A stretch of DNA of 64,000 nt from Minisyncoccia bacterium (GCA_041485465.1 JBGPJO010000004.1:1-64000); one strand, 5' to 3'. Positions 36,344-46,667 are shown, counted from the stretch's first letter. The notes: generated from the sequence alone by a model not told the origin. Numbers and translations: made by a program.

Positions 36344-37027
36344 TCAGTTAAGCAATCGAGCGATGCCACTCATCACAATTTGGGCAGCGGATTTGTAATG
36401 TTCGGGGATAGTTGGTTCCACAACTCCAAAAAGATCATTTTGCGAAAAAGGTGAACCAAAATGTAAAGAGATCTTTCTTTTTCCCCTTAAAAAAAGCTTT
36501 GGGCTTAATTTGAATGTGCCACTCAACCCGACGGGGACAATTGTTACGCCGGTAAAATGGGACAAGAATGCTACTCCCCCATGTGCCTCCTGAAGCTTCC
36601 CGTCTCTCGTTATCCACCCTTCAGGAAAAATGCAGAGGCTCCCTCCGTCTTTGAGTATTTCATCGTGGTTCTTCAGAGATTTCTCATAGTTCTTGGACCC
36701 GGGAAAGATCGGATATGATCCCCACGCCCGGAAAAACCAACGTTTATAGATAAAACGGCGCCATCCGAATTTTTCATGATTAAATTCTTCATCCGGGTCT
36801 CCAACATAGAACATGGGAGCAAATCTTCCTAAAGGAGAGAGTGCCGCCGTTAAGACAATCGGATCAAGCTCATTTGAATGATTAACTGCAAAGATTGCCT
36901 GGGTAAGACCCCCCAAATTTTCCTTTCCCTTGACTTCAAAATGACAAAAGAAATTAAGAAGCAGGCGCGTCGGCGCCCAAGCGAGGGTCTGTAAAATGCG
37001 CGGTGGGAGAGAATACCACGTGGACAT
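36344..37027 (-). CDS. plsC: 1-acyl-sn-glycerol-3-phosphate acyltransferase family (PlsC-like)
   Basis: HX4D motif NHSNELD and FPEG motif (IFPEGWITRDG). Confidence 0.7.
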   Translation of the reverse strand: MSTWYSLPPRILQTLAWAPTRLLLNFFCHFEVKGKENLGGLTQAIFAVNHSNELDPIVLTAALSPLGRFAPMFYVGDPDEEFNHEKFGWRRFIYKRWFFRAWGSYPIFPGSKNYEKSLKNHDEILKDGGSLCIFPEGWITRDGKLQEAHGGVAFLSHFTGVTIVPVGLSGTFKLSPKLFLRGKRKISLHFGSPFSQNDLFGVVEPTIPEHYKSAAQIVMSGIARLLN

Positions 37028-37037
37028 AGATTTATTT

Positions 37038-37487
37038 TTATTCGATTAGGTCTATTTTATCAATCCGTCTTCGGTGGCACTCCTCGCCGCTAAAAGGAGT
37101 CTCAAGCCAGAGCTTCGCGGCTTTTTCTGCGTCTTCAATACTTAAAAAGCCGGCGCCAAGGGAGAGAATATTCGCATCGTTGTGCTCGCGGCTAAGTTTT
37201 ATGATATCCAAACTACCGCCATAGTAAACAGCCCCTCGGATCCCCTTTCTCCTATTGACCACCATCGCTTCCCCCTCCCCCGATTTGCCAAGGATGATGC
37301 CTCTCGTGTTGTTCGGGTCCTTTAGTACTTCATCCGCGACAAGCCTGACATAATCCGGGTAGTCGTCATTTTGATCATACGAAAACGGCCCTTTATCTAT
37401 GACAGTAAAACCGAGTGTCTTAACAAACTCGGAAAGATTGTTTTTAAGCTCAAAACCGGCATGATCCGATGCGATATAAATGGTCAT
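37038..37487 (-). CDS. rpiB: Ribose-5-phosphate isomerase B
   Basis: MTIYIASDHAGFELK N-terminus of the RpiB/LacAB family. Start at the internal Met. Confidence 0.8.
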   Translation of the reverse strand: MTIYIASDHAGFELKNNLSEFVKTLGFTVIDKGPFSYDQNDDYPDYVRLVADEVLKDPNNTRGIILGKSGEGEAMVVNRRKGIRGAVYYGGSLDIIKLSREHNDANILSLGAGFLSIEDAEKAAKLWLETPFSGEECHRRRIDKIDLIE

Positions 37488-37494
37488 TTTTGGT

Positions 37495-38523
37495 TTAAAT
37501 AAAACTTCCGGTTTGAACCACGTGCTCGGCAAGCGTGTGAGCATAGCCCATTTCGTTGTCGTACCACGCAAGCACTTTGACAAGATTACCGTCAACGACA
37601 CGCGTCATCGCCAAATCGGCAATCGCGCCATATGATGAGCCGACGATATCGGAAGAAACAAGCGGCTCATTGGTTACGGCAAATACTTTTTGCCAGCGCG
37701 AGACGCCTGCGGCATCAGTCATAATTTTATTAACCTCCTCGACAGTAGTCTCACGGCTTGCAATAAAAGTGATGTCGACGAGAGATCCGGTCACCACCGG
37801 CACACGGATGGCAACGCCGTCGAATCTTCCCTGAAGTTCGGTGAGCGCTTTCGTGACGGCAATCGCCGCGCCGGTCGATGAAGGCACAATGTTATGCGCA
37901 CCAGCACGGCCGCGCCGTAAGTCGACCCCCGTCACTGGAGAATCGACAATTGATTGAGTTGCGGTGTACGCGTGCACGGTATTTAAAATTGCTTTCTCAA
38001 TTCCCAAGCCTTGGTGGAGAATCGCAAGAAGCGGACTTCCCGCGTTTGTGGTGCATGAGCCGTTTGAGGAGACAATACACGTTTTTAGCTTCTCTTCATT
38101 CACCCCCATAAGAACCGTTGCCGAAGAAAGATCAGAGGGCGGCTCGTCTTTGACAGGCGCGGTTATCACCACTTTTTTTGCGCCAGAGATGAGGTGGGCA
38201 CGGGCGGACTGGTAACTTTCAAAAACACCTGTTGATTCAACGACAACTGATGCGCCAAGTTTTCTCCACGGAATACCCGCGGGCTCTTTTTCGTGAGTGA
38301 CGGGAATTTCTACGCCGTCAATAATAAGAGAACTCTCCCCCGCCTTCACGTCAAAAGGGCTTTTGCCATAAGCAGAATCATACGTAAGAAGATACGCAAG
38401 ATTTTTGACGTCGCCGAGGTCATTAATAGCAACCACCTCAATATCGCCGCGCTTTTTAGCAACCCGGAAAAAAGCGCGGCCAATCCTGCCAAAGCCGTTA
38501 ATGCCAACTAGAATTTTTTTCAT
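37495..38523 (-). CDS. gap: Glyceraldehyde-3-phosphate dehydrogenase
   Basis: INGFGRIGR Rossmann motif and the SCTTN catalytic motif. 342 aa. Confidence 0.9.
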   Translation of the reverse strand: MKKILVGINGFGRIGRAFFRVAKKRGDIEVVAINDLGDVKNLAYLLTYDSAYGKSPFDVKAGESSLIIDGVEIPVTHEKEPAGIPWRKLGASVVVESTGVFESYQSARAHLISGAKKVVITAPVKDEPPSDLSSATVLMGVNEEKLKTCIVSSNGSCTTNAGSPLLAILHQGLGIEKAILNTVHAYTATQSIVDSPVTGVDLRRGRAGAHNIVPSSTGAAIAVTKALTELQGRFDGVAIRVPVVTGSLVDITFIASRETTVEEVNKIMTDAAGVSRWQKVFAVTNEPLVSSDIVGSSYGAIADLAMTRVVDGNLVKVLAWYDNEMGYAHTLAEHVVQTGSFI

Positions 38524-38689
38524 AGAGCCGAAGTAGTTTTATTATAACATCAAAAAAGACTGTTTGGGATGATGTCCGGACAAAATTAATAAGTCTTATC
38601 TAGTCTTTAAATATATAGAAAGTGACTCTCGAAAACTTTTGGAGAATTTCATATCCGTAGGATTCGCCTGTATATCACGAAGGCCTGTC

Positions 38690-38950
38690 TCAAGGACGAC
38701 CGTGTATCAAGTTCAGCTTCTTTTGTCGTGTCCAACCTTTGATCTGTGCTTCCCTTTTCAAAGCTGATGACCTATCAGGATGCTGCTCGGTATACACTAC
38801 ACGAACGACTCCTTTGGACCTCGTATAATGACCCCCAATTTTATTCTTGTGTTCATTGAAGCGACGCTCCACATTCGTGGTCATGCCTGTATAGAAAGAC
38901 TCATCGCTACATTCAATAAGATAAACAAAATACATATGGTCCCTCGACAA
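38690..38950 (-). CDS. GIY-YIG nuclease domain protein (UPF0213-like)
   Basis: YFVYLIECSDESFYTGMTTNVERRFNEH is the GIY-YIG signature. 86 aa. Confidence 0.75.
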   Translation of the reverse strand: MSRDHMYFVYLIECSDESFYTGMTTNVERRFNEHKNKIGGHYTRSKGVVRVVYTEQHPDRSSALKREAQIKGWTRQKKLNLIHGRP

Positions 38951-38969
38951 GCTTAGGACACTTCGCTAA

Positions 38970-40046
38970 CTAAATCCCCTCTTTACGCGCTTCTTCGAAG
39001 AGATCGTGCGCTTTTTTTGAAAGCTTGGCGGGAAGTGTGATGTTGAGACGAATCAAAAGATCGCCGCGCTTTCCTTTTTCAATCGGCGCTCCTTTGCCCC
39101 TTACCCGAAGTACCTCGCCGAAAGCAACCGCTTCCGGAATCTTGACGGTGATATCGCCATCGAGTGTTTGGATTTTATATTCCGAGCCGAGAAGCGCATC
39201 CGAGAGTTTAATATTAAGGTCCATGACGATATTTGAGCCTTCTTTTTTGAAAATATGATGCTTTTTAACGTGAATTTTTACGTACAGATCCCCTGGCACG
39301 CCGCTGTGAACCGCTTCCCCCATACCAGAGAGCCTGATCATCTCGCCATTATCAATTCCCGACGGCACAACGATAGAAATCTCTTCTTCACGGCGAAGGA
39401 CACCTTTTCCGTTGCAGGTTGTGCATCTCTCCTTCGGCACTTTGCCGGAACCCGCGCAGTTTTCGCAAACACGCGTAGTTGAGACCGAACCGAAGAATGA
39501 TTTGCGAGTTTCGCGGATCTGACCTTTTCCGTTACAAACTTCACAGGCCTTTGTCCCAACTCCCGGCTTTCCGCCGGAGCCCGAGCAGGTGGTGCAGGAT
39601 GATGTTTTTGTAATTAAAACTTTGCGCTCGGTACCAAAGATAGATTCGGCAAAGGTCAGCTCGAGATCAATTGAAATATCACGGCCGCGGCGCACCCGCT
39701 CCCTCGTACCGCCGAAAAAATCACTGAAAATATCCCCAAAATTAACGTTCTCGAACCCTTCAAAATTGCCCGTGTAGCCTGAGAAATCAAAATCTCCGAA
39801 GGGTGAAGCGCCACCACGAGAGGCACCGCCAGCGCCCCCTGAAAAGACCCGACCGTATGAATCGTACTCGGCGCGCTTTTTGTCGTCGGAAAGGACGCTG
39901 TAGGCCTCAGAAACCTCCTTAAACTTCCCTACATCCCCCCCTTTTTTGTCGGGGTGATATTTATGGGCAAGTTTGTGGAAAGCTTTCTTTATATCGTCTT
40001 TACTTGCCGCTTTTTGTATTCCTAAAATTTCGTAGTAGTCCTTCAT
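38970..40046 (-). CDS. dnaJ: Chaperone DnaJ
   Basis: J domain (HPDKK), G/F region, four CxxCxGxG zinc-finger repeats and a C-terminal domain. Confidence 0.9.
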   Translation of the reverse strand: MKDYYEILGIQKAASKDDIKKAFHKLAHKYHPDKKGGDVGKFKEVSEAYSVLSDDKKRAEYDSYGRVFSGGAGGASRGGASPFGDFDFSGYTGNFEGFENVNFGDIFSDFFGGTRERVRRGRDISIDLELTFAESIFGTERKVLITKTSSCTTCSGSGGKPGVGTKACEVCNGKGQIRETRKSFFGSVSTTRVCENCAGSGKVPKERCTTCNGKGVLRREEEISIVVPSGIDNGEMIRLSGMGEAVHSGVPGDLYVKIHVKKHHIFKKEGSNIVMDLNIKLSDALLGSEYKIQTLDGDITVKIPEAVAFGEVLRVRGKGAPIEKGKRGDLLIRLNITLPAKLSKKAHDLFEEARKEGI

Positions 40047-40102
40047 AACAATATTTGATACTATACCCCGAGCAAAAGTTAAATCAAGGAAAGGGTAGGA
40101 TC

Positions 40103-40342
40103 ATGGGAAGTGAACTTTCTCAAATCGAGCGATTCAAGATCGATATCCTTAGCGGTGAAGATACCGTCTCCGACGAGGAAATCCTTCGTCGTCTTTCGAA
40201 TCTGATCAACATTGGAATCATCATTAAAGTAGAACAACTCGGCGTTCTCGAAACGGTTGAAAATTACCGTCCCCACCTGCTCAAGCAAGTTCAGGAAAAA
40301 ATTTCTTCGGCCAGTTGTCCCCCCGCCCCGCCTCCCCAATGA
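40103..40342 (+). CDS. small hypothetical protein (79 aa), antisense-oriented between dnaK and dnaJ
   Basis: AAGGG RBS 7 nt before the ATG. The frame ends in a Pro-rich tail. A plus-strand intrinsic terminator follows directly. Confidence 0.25.
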   Translation: MGSELSQIERFKIDILSGEDTVSDEEILRRLSNLINIGIIIKVEQLGVLETVENYRPHLLKQVQEKISSASCPPAPPPQ

Positions 40343-40367
40343 GTGAGGCGGGTTTTTTCTTTATTTT
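40327..40367 (+). terminator. Rho-independent terminator (plus strand)
   Basis: cccgcctc/gaggcggg stem followed by ttttttctttattttt. Confidence 0.4.
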
Positions 40368-42265
40368 TGATCTCCTTCCTTAAAGTCAGCGTCGCGTACG
40401 TTTCCGTCACCCTCTTTTTTTTCTTCTGGCTTTTCTTCCGTTCCTGCTCCACCCGGGGTACTTGCCGCCTTTTGCATCGCCTCCCCTATCTTTTGAAGCT
40501 CTGCTGAGAGCGCGTTTGTTGCGTTTTTGATGGCGTCCGTATCGTTTCCATCTTTTACTTTTTTAAGATCGGCAATCTTTCCTTCAACCGCTGTTTTAAT
40601 ATCCAGAGGTACTTTATCTCCCGCGTCCCGTAGCGCTTTCTCCGCCGTGTAGAGAAGCTGTTCTCCGGTATTTCTGACATCAACCTCCTCTTTCTTTTTG
40701 GCATCCTCCGCCGCGTGCGCATCGGCATCCTTTTTCATTTTCTCAATATCGGCGGGAGTGAGCCCGGAGCTTGCTTCAATCCGGATGCTTTGCTCTTTGT
40801 TAGTCGTCTTGTCTTTCGCTTTGACGTTTAAAATACCGTTTGCATCAACATCAAAGGTCACTTCGACTTGGGGAAGGCCGCGCGGCGCGGGCGGTATGCC
40901 GTCGAGAATAAACTGGCCGAGCGATTTGTTATCGGAGGCCATTGCCCGCTCGCCCTGAACAATATGAATTTGAACCGAGGTTTGGTTGTCAGATGCAGTC
41001 GAAAAAGTCTGGGATCTTGAGGTCGGAATGGTTGTGTTTCGCTCGATAAGCTTTGTTCCGACGCCTCCCAGAGTCTCAATGCCGAGCGAAAGCGGAATGA
41101 CATCAAGAAGAAGGATATCTTTGACATCGCCCTGAAGAATGCCCGCCTGAACGGCGGCGCCGAGCGCCACCACTTCGTCCGGATTGATCGAGCGATTCGG
41201 CTCTTTTCCAAAGAAATCCTGAACGGCCTTCACAAGCATCGGCATGCGGGTTTGCCCGCCGACCAAAATCACTTCCTGGATCTCTTCTTTCTTAAAAGGA
41301 GAGGCTTCCATGGCGCGTTTGGTGATTGAAAGCGCGCGGTCTACGAATTCGCGAGCGAGCTCTTCGAGCTTCGCCCTCGTCATTTTCATTAAAAGGTGCT
41401 TCGGACCTGAGGCATCGGAGGTGATAAACGGAATGTTGATTTCCGTTTCCACGGTCGTTGAAAGTTCGAGCTTTGCTTTCTCCGCCGCTTCATCAAGCCG
41501 CTGGAGCGCAAGCGGGTCACGGCTTACATCAATGCCGCTTTCTTTTTTATACTCGTCCGCGATGTAGCGGATGATCTTCTGGTCGATGTCGCGGCCACCG
41601 AGGTGGCTGTCGCCGTCGGTTGATTTCACTTCGACAACATCGTCCCCCACTTCAAGAACCGACACGTCAAACGTACCGCCGCCAAAGTCGAAGACGACAA
41701 TTTTTTCGTTTTTCTTTTTGTTGAAACCGTAGGCAAGAGCGGCCGCTGTCGGTTCGTTGATGATGCGCTTGACATCGAGCCCCGCGATTGCTCCCGCGTC
41801 TTTAGTGGCTTTTCTCTGGGCGTCGTTAAAATATGCCGGCACGGTGATGATCGCTTCGGTAATTTTTTCTCCGAGCTTTGCTTCAGCGTCGGCTTTCAGT
41901 TTCTGAAGAATCATCGCTGAAATTTCTTCCGGACGGTACAATTTGTCTCCCATCTTTACCTCAACCCCGCCGGTTGCTGATTTTTCAACCGCAAACGCAA
42001 GATTTTTCTTGTCTTCCTGGACCCCTTTGTCATCAAAGGAGTGCCCCATGAAGCGTTTGATACCAACAATCGTATTGGTCGGATTTGTCACCGCCTGGCG
42101 CTTCGCGAGAAGCCCGACAAGTCGCTCCCCTGTCTTTGACTGGGCAACGACTGAAGGGGTGGTGCGGGCACCTTCAGCGTTTTCAATAATTTTTGGAGCG
42201 CCTGCCTCGATAATTGCCATCGCTGAGTTTGTCGTTCCAAGATCGATTCCTAAAATTTTTGCCAT
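40361..42265 (-). CDS. dnaK: Chaperone DnaK (Hsp70)
   Basis: Full Hsp70 signature set ([24 protein letters not shown]...). 634 aa. Confidence 0.95.
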   Translation of the reverse strand: MAKILGIDLGTTNSAMAIIEAGAPKIIENAEGARTTPSVVAQSKTGERLVGLLAKRQAVTNPTNTIVGIKRFMGHSFDDKGVQEDKKNLAFAVEKSATGGVEVKMGDKLYRPEEISAMILQKLKADAEAKLGEKITEAIITVPAYFNDAQRKATKDAGAIAGLDVKRIINEPTAAALAYGFNKKKNEKIVVFDFGGGTFDVSVLEVGDDVVEVKSTDGDSHLGGRDIDQKIIRYIADEYKKESGIDVSRDPLALQRLDEAAEKAKLELSTTVETEINIPFITSDASGPKHLLMKMTRAKLEELAREFVDRALSITKRAMEASPFKKEEIQEVILVGGQTRMPMLVKAVQDFFGKEPNRSINPDEVVALGAAVQAGILQGDVKDILLLDVIPLSLGIETLGGVGTKLIERNTTIPTSRSQTFSTASDNQTSVQIHIVQGERAMASDNKSLGQFILDGIPPAPRGLPQVEVTFDVDANGILNVKAKDKTTNKEQSIRIEASSGLTPADIEKMKKDADAHAAEDAKKKEEVDVRNTGEQLLYTAEKALRDAGDKVPLDIKTAVEGKIADLKKVKDGNDTDAIKNATNALSAELQKIGEAMQKAASTPGGAGTEEKPEEKKEGDGNVRDADFKEGDQK

Positions 42266-42310
42266 ATGTTTTCTTAATCTGTTATTAGTATCAAATGATT
42301 TGTATCCCTG

Positions 42311-42919
42311 CTATTTTTCCTTAACTGAAAATTCGGCAATTGAGACACGCGCTGGTTTGAGAACTTTGTCGTTCAACGAATAGCCCTTCTGAACTACTTC
42401 GGCGACAGTATGATCGAGCTCTTTATCGAGCGCGACGACAGTGCCAACTGAAGTCTGAAATTTCGGATCAAACGGATCGCCAGGGTTAGGGCTGATTTCC
42501 GAGAGCCCGTGTTCAGAGAGCGCCGTGACGAGTTCGCGATAAATATGCTCCATGCCAAGCCGCCAGTCTTTCGGAAGAGCTTCCCACGCGCCCTTGTTCC
42601 CCGTTGCCAGGTTAAAACTTTCAAGCACCGGAAGAAGTCTCAAAACCAATTTTTCCTCCGCAAACTTAACAAATTCGCTCCGCCATTCCTCTTCCTGACG
42701 TCTGGCGTTCACCGCGTCCGCCTTCATCCTCTGCCAGCCCTCAAGATACTCCTGACGCTCTTTCTGGCTAGCCTTAAGAGCTTCACGAAGCTTTTTTATA
42801 GTGTCGCGCGGGTTCTTTTCTTCTTCCTCCTCGACAATTTCGACGTCCTCAGGGACATTATTATCATACCCGCTTGGAGTATTGTCAAATTTTTTGTTTT
42901 CGTCTTTATTTAGAGGCAT
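42311..42919 (-). CDS. grpE: Nucleotide exchange factor GrpE
   Basis: Acidic N-terminus, coiled coil, and the GrpE C-terminal beta domain. Confidence 0.85.
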   Translation of the reverse strand: MPLNKDENKKFDNTPSGYDNNVPEDVEIVEEEEEKNPRDTIKKLREALKASQKERQEYLEGWQRMKADAVNARRQEEEWRSEFVKFAEEKLVLRLLPVLESFNLATGNKGAWEALPKDWRLGMEHIYRELVTALSEHGLSEISPNPGDPFDPKFQTSVGTVVALDKELDHTVAEVVQKGYSLNDKVLKPARVSIAEFSVKEK

Positions 42920-42987
42920 AGCGTAAGCAAAAAATAACATGCCACGCGAGCAAAGGAAAGCAAAAAGAGCCTCCCCTCTCTTTTAAG

Positions 42988-43398
42988 CTAACGCTTGCTC
43001 CACTGCGGAGCTTTTCTGGCCTTCTTCAACCCGAACTTGCGGCGCTCCTTCATGCGCGGATCACGCTTTAAAAAGCCTGCCGCCTTTAAAACCTTACGAA
43101 GTCCCAAATCGTAGGAAACAAGCGCGCGAGATATCGCGTGACGAACGGCAATTGATTGCGAGGATGAGCCGCCACCTGAAACTTTTATCGATACTTTGAA
43201 CTTGACGGGTAATTTCGCGTGATTGAAAGCATCTTCAACCGCCCGCCGCTCAGCATCGGTCTTGAAGTAATTTATGACTTCCTTGCCGTTGACAATCATC
43301 GATTGCTTCGACGCCTCTTCAATACGGGCTCGCGCAACCGAAGTCTTTCTCCGTCCAACCGCTTCAATGTATCGCGCTTTTATTTTTGCTTCCGCCAT
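42988..43398 (-). CDS. rpsI: 30S ribosomal protein S9
   Basis: Matches the S9 consensus: GGGSSSQSIAVRHAISRAL...LKRDPRMKERRKFG...QWSKR. Confidence 0.9.
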   Translation of the reverse strand: MAEAKIKARYIEAVGRRKTSVARARIEEASKQSMIVNGKEVINYFKTDAERRAVEDAFNHAKLPVKFKVSIKVSGGGSSSQSIAVRHAISRALVSYDLGLRKVLKAAGFLKRDPRMKERRKFGLKKARKAPQWSKR

Positions 43399-43402
43399 AG
43401 TG

Positions 43403-43750
43403 TTATTCGGTGATCGTCAAATTTTTCATAATTTTCGTGCGGTGACTGTTTTTGGGAAGCATACCGTAGACCGCCTTTCTCAAAAGCTCGCGCTTCCCTT
43501 TCACTGCCGCCACTTGTTTTCCTGAAAGTATTTTGAGGCCGCCCGGATAGCCCGAGTAGCGCTTGTGCTCGATGCCTTCCATTTTCCTGTCGGAGATTTC
43601 GATTTGTCCGGCATTTGTTATTTTTACTTTGACGGACGCCAAAATGTGGCGCTCAAAAGTGCTTTTTGTTTTGCCGCGAAGAAGAACCGCGATTTCGCTT
43701 GCTAGTCGCCCTAATTTCTTTCCCGATGCATCAATTGTCGATTCTGTCAT
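43403..43750 (-). CDS. rplM: 50S ribosomal protein L13 (short form)
   Basis: IDASGKKLGRLASEIAVLLRGKTK matches the L13 core. 115 aa. Confidence 0.85.
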   Translation of the reverse strand: MTESTIDASGKKLGRLASEIAVLLRGKTKSTFERHILASVKVKITNAGQIEISDRKMEGIEHKRYSGYPGGLKILSGKQVAAVKGKRELLRKAVYGMLPKNSHRTKIMKNLTITE

Positions 43751-43759
43751 GGATTTCTT

Positions 43760-44113
43760 TTATACAAATTCAATGAGCGCACGCTTTGAACTGTCCGCTT
43801 TGCGTACCCCCATCTTCACAATTCTCGTATAGCCTCCTCGGCGGTCTTTATACTTCGGAGCGATCTCTGAGACAAGGAGTGCTGCCACCTTCATCCTGCC
43901 GCCAAGGCGAGAAACTATAATACGGCGCGATGCGACCGTTCCTTTTTTACCGAACGTCACCAGGCGCTCGATAAACGGGCGAAGTTCTTTCGCTTTCGCT
44001 TCGGTCGTCATGATTTTTCCCTTTTCTATAAGGGCTTCAGCAAGGCTCCGTATGAGCGCAACGCGAACCTTTCGTTCACGACCGAATACTCGACCTTTTT
44101 TTTGATGTCTCAT
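43760..44113 (-). CDS. rplQ: 50S ribosomal protein L17
   Basis: MRHQKKGRVFGRERK... is the L17 N-terminus. Confidence 0.9.
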   Translation of the reverse strand: MRHQKKGRVFGRERKVRVALIRSLAEALIEKGKIMTTEAKAKELRPFIERLVTFGKKGTVASRRIIVSRLGGRMKVAALLVSEIAPKYKDRRGGYTRIVKMGVRKADSSKRALIEFV

Positions 44114-44119
44114 GGGTTT

Positions 44120-45076
44120 TTATTTAAGTGTTACGCCGTAATTGGAAAGAAGCCTTTTGATTTCCTGTATGCCCTTGCTACCCAAGCCGTCGATATCGAG
44201 AATATCCTCTTCTTTCTTGCGGACAAGGCCTCCTACGGTGCGGATGTTTGCCGCCGCCAACGCGTTTATGGTGCGTTGGGAAAGATCGAGTGTTTCAATG
44301 CGGGTTTTCAATGTTTCGGCATCAAGGCTTGATTTCTTTTCTTTCTTTTCCTCGGCCGCCTCGGCAGATGATACCGGGAGTTCTTCTTCTTTGAAACCAA
44401 TAATTGCTTTCAACTGATTGATCATGATTTCAATTGCCCGTGAGAGCGTCTCGTTCGGCGTCACCGTGCCGTCGGTTTCAATCGAAATACGGAGGCGGTT
44501 GAAATCGGTGCGGTCGCCGACGCGCATGTTTTCGACTTCATAGTTCACCCGGCGAATCGGCGTAAAGCTTGCGTCAAGTGAAATCGTTCCGATATCGACT
44601 TTCTCTTTCTGACGCGCTTCTTTTGAAACATAGCCGAGTCCCCGCTCCACTTTCATTTCAATTTCAAGACTGGCGTTTTTGTCGGTCAGGTGAGCGATTA
44701 CCTGCTCGGGATTTAGAACTTCAACCTGGCCGGGCGCCTCGATATCTTTGGCCGTGACCTCTCGCACACCTTTAATCGAGAGTTTGAGGATCTGCGGCTC
44801 TTCGGTATACATTTTTATCCGGACCTTCTTTAAATTAAGAATGAGCGTAATGATGTCTTCTTTCAGTCCCGAAAGCGTTGAAAATTCATGGTTCACGCCT
44901 TCGATTTTGACTTCGGTAAGCGCCGCGCCCGGAAGCGAAGAGAGAATGATGCGTCGCAAAGAATTCCCGAGCGTGTGTCCGTACCCCGGGTAAAGGCCGT
45001 CGATCTCATATACGCCGCCGGTTTCTTTTTCGGAGACGATTTTCGGCTTTGAAGGCAAAACAATTTGGTAGTCCAT
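44120..45076 (-). CDS. rpoA: DNA-directed RNA polymerase subunit alpha
   Basis: Alpha NTD and CTD. 318 aa. Canonical operon position. Confidence 0.9.
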   Translation of the reverse strand: MDYQIVLPSKPKIVSEKETGGVYEIDGLYPGYGHTLGNSLRRIILSSLPGAALTEVKIEGVNHEFSTLSGLKEDIITLILNLKKVRIKMYTEEPQILKLSIKGVREVTAKDIEAPGQVEVLNPEQVIAHLTDKNASLEIEMKVERGLGYVSKEARQKEKVDIGTISLDASFTPIRRVNYEVENMRVGDRTDFNRLRISIETDGTVTPNETLSRAIEIMINQLKAIIGFKEEELPVSSAEAAEEKKEKKSSLDAETLKTRIETLDLSQRTINALAAANIRTVGGLVRKKEEDILDIDGLGSKGIQEIKRLLSNYGVTLK

Positions 45077-45115
45077 AATAGAGGTTATTAAAAAATTACT
45101 GTTTATTTTTAAAAT

Positions 45116-45727
45116 TTAACGGCTGTAAAATTCGAGAACCGGCGCAAGGTCAAAATGACTCGTCCCCGCTTCATATTTCGGAAGAGCAACGACCGTCCCT
45201 TCCATTTTCTCCGTGTCAAACAAAACCCAGCTCGGCGATTTGAATTCTTTCAATTTCTCGGGAAGGATGGTGAAAAGCAGGCTCCCCTTGCTTCCGAGGC
45301 GGATGGTAATGGCATCCCCTTTCGAAACCGAAAATGAAGGAACGGTGACACGCCGGCCGTTTACCACGATATGCCCGTGGGCAACCATCTGGCGCGCAGC
45401 TTGGCGAGTTGGCGCAAGTCCCATCCGATAAATGGTGTTATCAAGACGCGCTTCAAGCAGAGCAAATAAAGTTTCGGCCGGGTTCGCGCCGCCTTTATCC
45501 ATCGCTTTTTTAACGTAATTTTTAAATTGGCGCTCGCTTACGTAATAGGTGAAGCGCACTTTCTGCTTTTCAAGAAGCTGGCGGGCATATTCGGTCTTCG
45601 AACCGAAACGGCGGCGGCGCGATTTTGCCGAACGAGCCTCCGAGAGCATGAATTTCTGCGTCTGGGTTTTATCAAAAACGTTTGCTCCCAAGCGTTTTGC
45701 GATTTTATATTTTGGTCCTATTTTCAT
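45116..45727 (-). CDS. rpsD: 30S ribosomal protein S4
   Basis: S4 N-terminus and S4 RNA-binding domain. Confidence 0.9.
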   Translation of the reverse strand: MKIGPKYKIAKRLGANVFDKTQTQKFMLSEARSAKSRRRRFGSKTEYARQLLEKQKVRFTYYVSERQFKNYVKKAMDKGGANPAETLFALLEARLDNTIYRMGLAPTRQAARQMVAHGHIVVNGRRVTVPSFSVSKGDAITIRLGSKGSLLFTILPEKLKEFKSPSWVLFDTEKMEGTVVALPKYEAGTSHFDLAPVLEFYSR

Positions 45728-45729
45728 GA

Positions 45730-46164
45730 TTATACTCTTCGAGGTTTTGGCGGTTTCGGCCCATTGTGAGGGATCGGGGTGACATCCCTGATTGAAGCGA
45801 TGCCGATACCTTTTCCGGCAATCGCCCGGATTGCCGATTCGCGGCCGGAGCCAACGCCTTTGACGACAACATCAACCTCTCTCACCCCCATCATCACTGC
45901 CTTTTCCCCGATCAATTCACCCACTTTCGCGGCCGCAAACGGCGTTCCCTTTTTGGCACCATTGAAACCAAGTGAACCGCTTGATGAGGATACCAAGGCG
46001 TTCCCGCTTTTGTCAGAAAGAAGAACGATGGTGTTGTTATAGGTCGACTGAACAAAAAGAATGCCCGAATCGACTTTCTTTTTACTTGCACGGGAAAGAG
46101 ACTTGGATTGCATCTCCGCGTTCACTTCTCCCCCGCTTTTTTTTACGATTCGTTTCTTTCCCAT
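45730..46164 (-). CDS. rpsK: 30S ribosomal protein S11
   Basis: ...[24 protein letters not shown] is the S11 C-terminus. Confidence 0.9.
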   Translation of the reverse strand: MGKKRIVKKSGGEVNAEMQSKSLSRASKKKVDSGILFVQSTYNNTIVLLSDKSGNALVSSSSGSLGFNGAKKGTPFAAAKVGELIGEKAVMMGVREVDVVVKGVGSGRESAIRAIAGKGIGIASIRDVTPIPHNGPKPPKPRRV

Positions 46165-46169
46165 GGTTT

Positions 46170-46550
46170 TTAGGTTTTCTCCGTCGTGCGGCGCCCGCTA
46201 CCCATTGTCTTTCTGACATTGCCGCGAACGGTGCGTGAATTGGTCTTGGTGCGCTGGCCGCGGACCGGAAGTCGCTTTGCGTGACGGATGCCTCTGTAGG
46301 CTTTGATATCTTTCAATCGCTTGATGTTCCCTGCGACAACGCGCTTCAGATCGCCTTCGGTTTTGAACTTTTCGACCAGTGCGCGGATTTTATTTTCTTC
46401 CACTTCCGATATGTCTTTGGCTTTCTTATCCGGGTTGATGTTTGCGTCTTTAAGTATTGAAAGGGCCCGGGGACGGCCGATGCCATAGACTGCGGTAAGC
46501 GCAATCTCAAGTCTCTTATTGTCGGGAATGGTGATGCCGGTAATTCTCAT
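46170..46550 (-). CDS. rpsM: 30S ribosomal protein S13
   Basis: MRITGITIPDNKRLEIALTAVYGIG... Confidence 0.9.
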   Translation of the reverse strand: MRITGITIPDNKRLEIALTAVYGIGRPRALSILKDANINPDKKAKDISEVEENKIRALVEKFKTEGDLKRVVAGNIKRLKDIKAYRGIRHAKRLPVRGQRTKTNSRTVRGNVRKTMGSGRRTTEKT

Positions 46551-46553
46551 AGA

Positions 46554-46667
46554 TTAACCTTGTCGCTGTTTATGCTTCGGATTATTGCAGACAACGACCA
46601 AACGGCCCTTGCGTCTCAAGACCTTGCAGTTCGAACAGATTTTTTTGACTGATGCGCGTACTTTCAT
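46554..46667 (-). CDS. rpmJ: 50S ribosomal protein L36
   Basis: Manual translation gives [37 protein letters not shown] (37 aa). It is below the ORF-track threshold. Confidence 0.8.
   Translation of the reverse strand: MKVRASVKKICSNCKVLRRKGRLVVVCNNPKHKQRQG

Noticed and set aside
40079-40339. A minus-strand 86-aa ORF in the dnaK-dnaJ spacer.
   Set aside because: It competes with the plus-strand ORF, which has a better RBS and a matching terminator. Neither has homology support, so only the plus one is listed, at low confidence.
42920-42987. Search for a CIRCE/HrcA operator upstream of grpE, and for T-box or riboswitch leaders upstream of the aminoacyl-tRNA synthetase genes.
   Set aside because: No TTAGCACTC...GAGTGCTAA-like inverted repeat was found. 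The synthetase genes abut their upstream genes with spacers under 30 nt, which leaves no room for leader RNAs.
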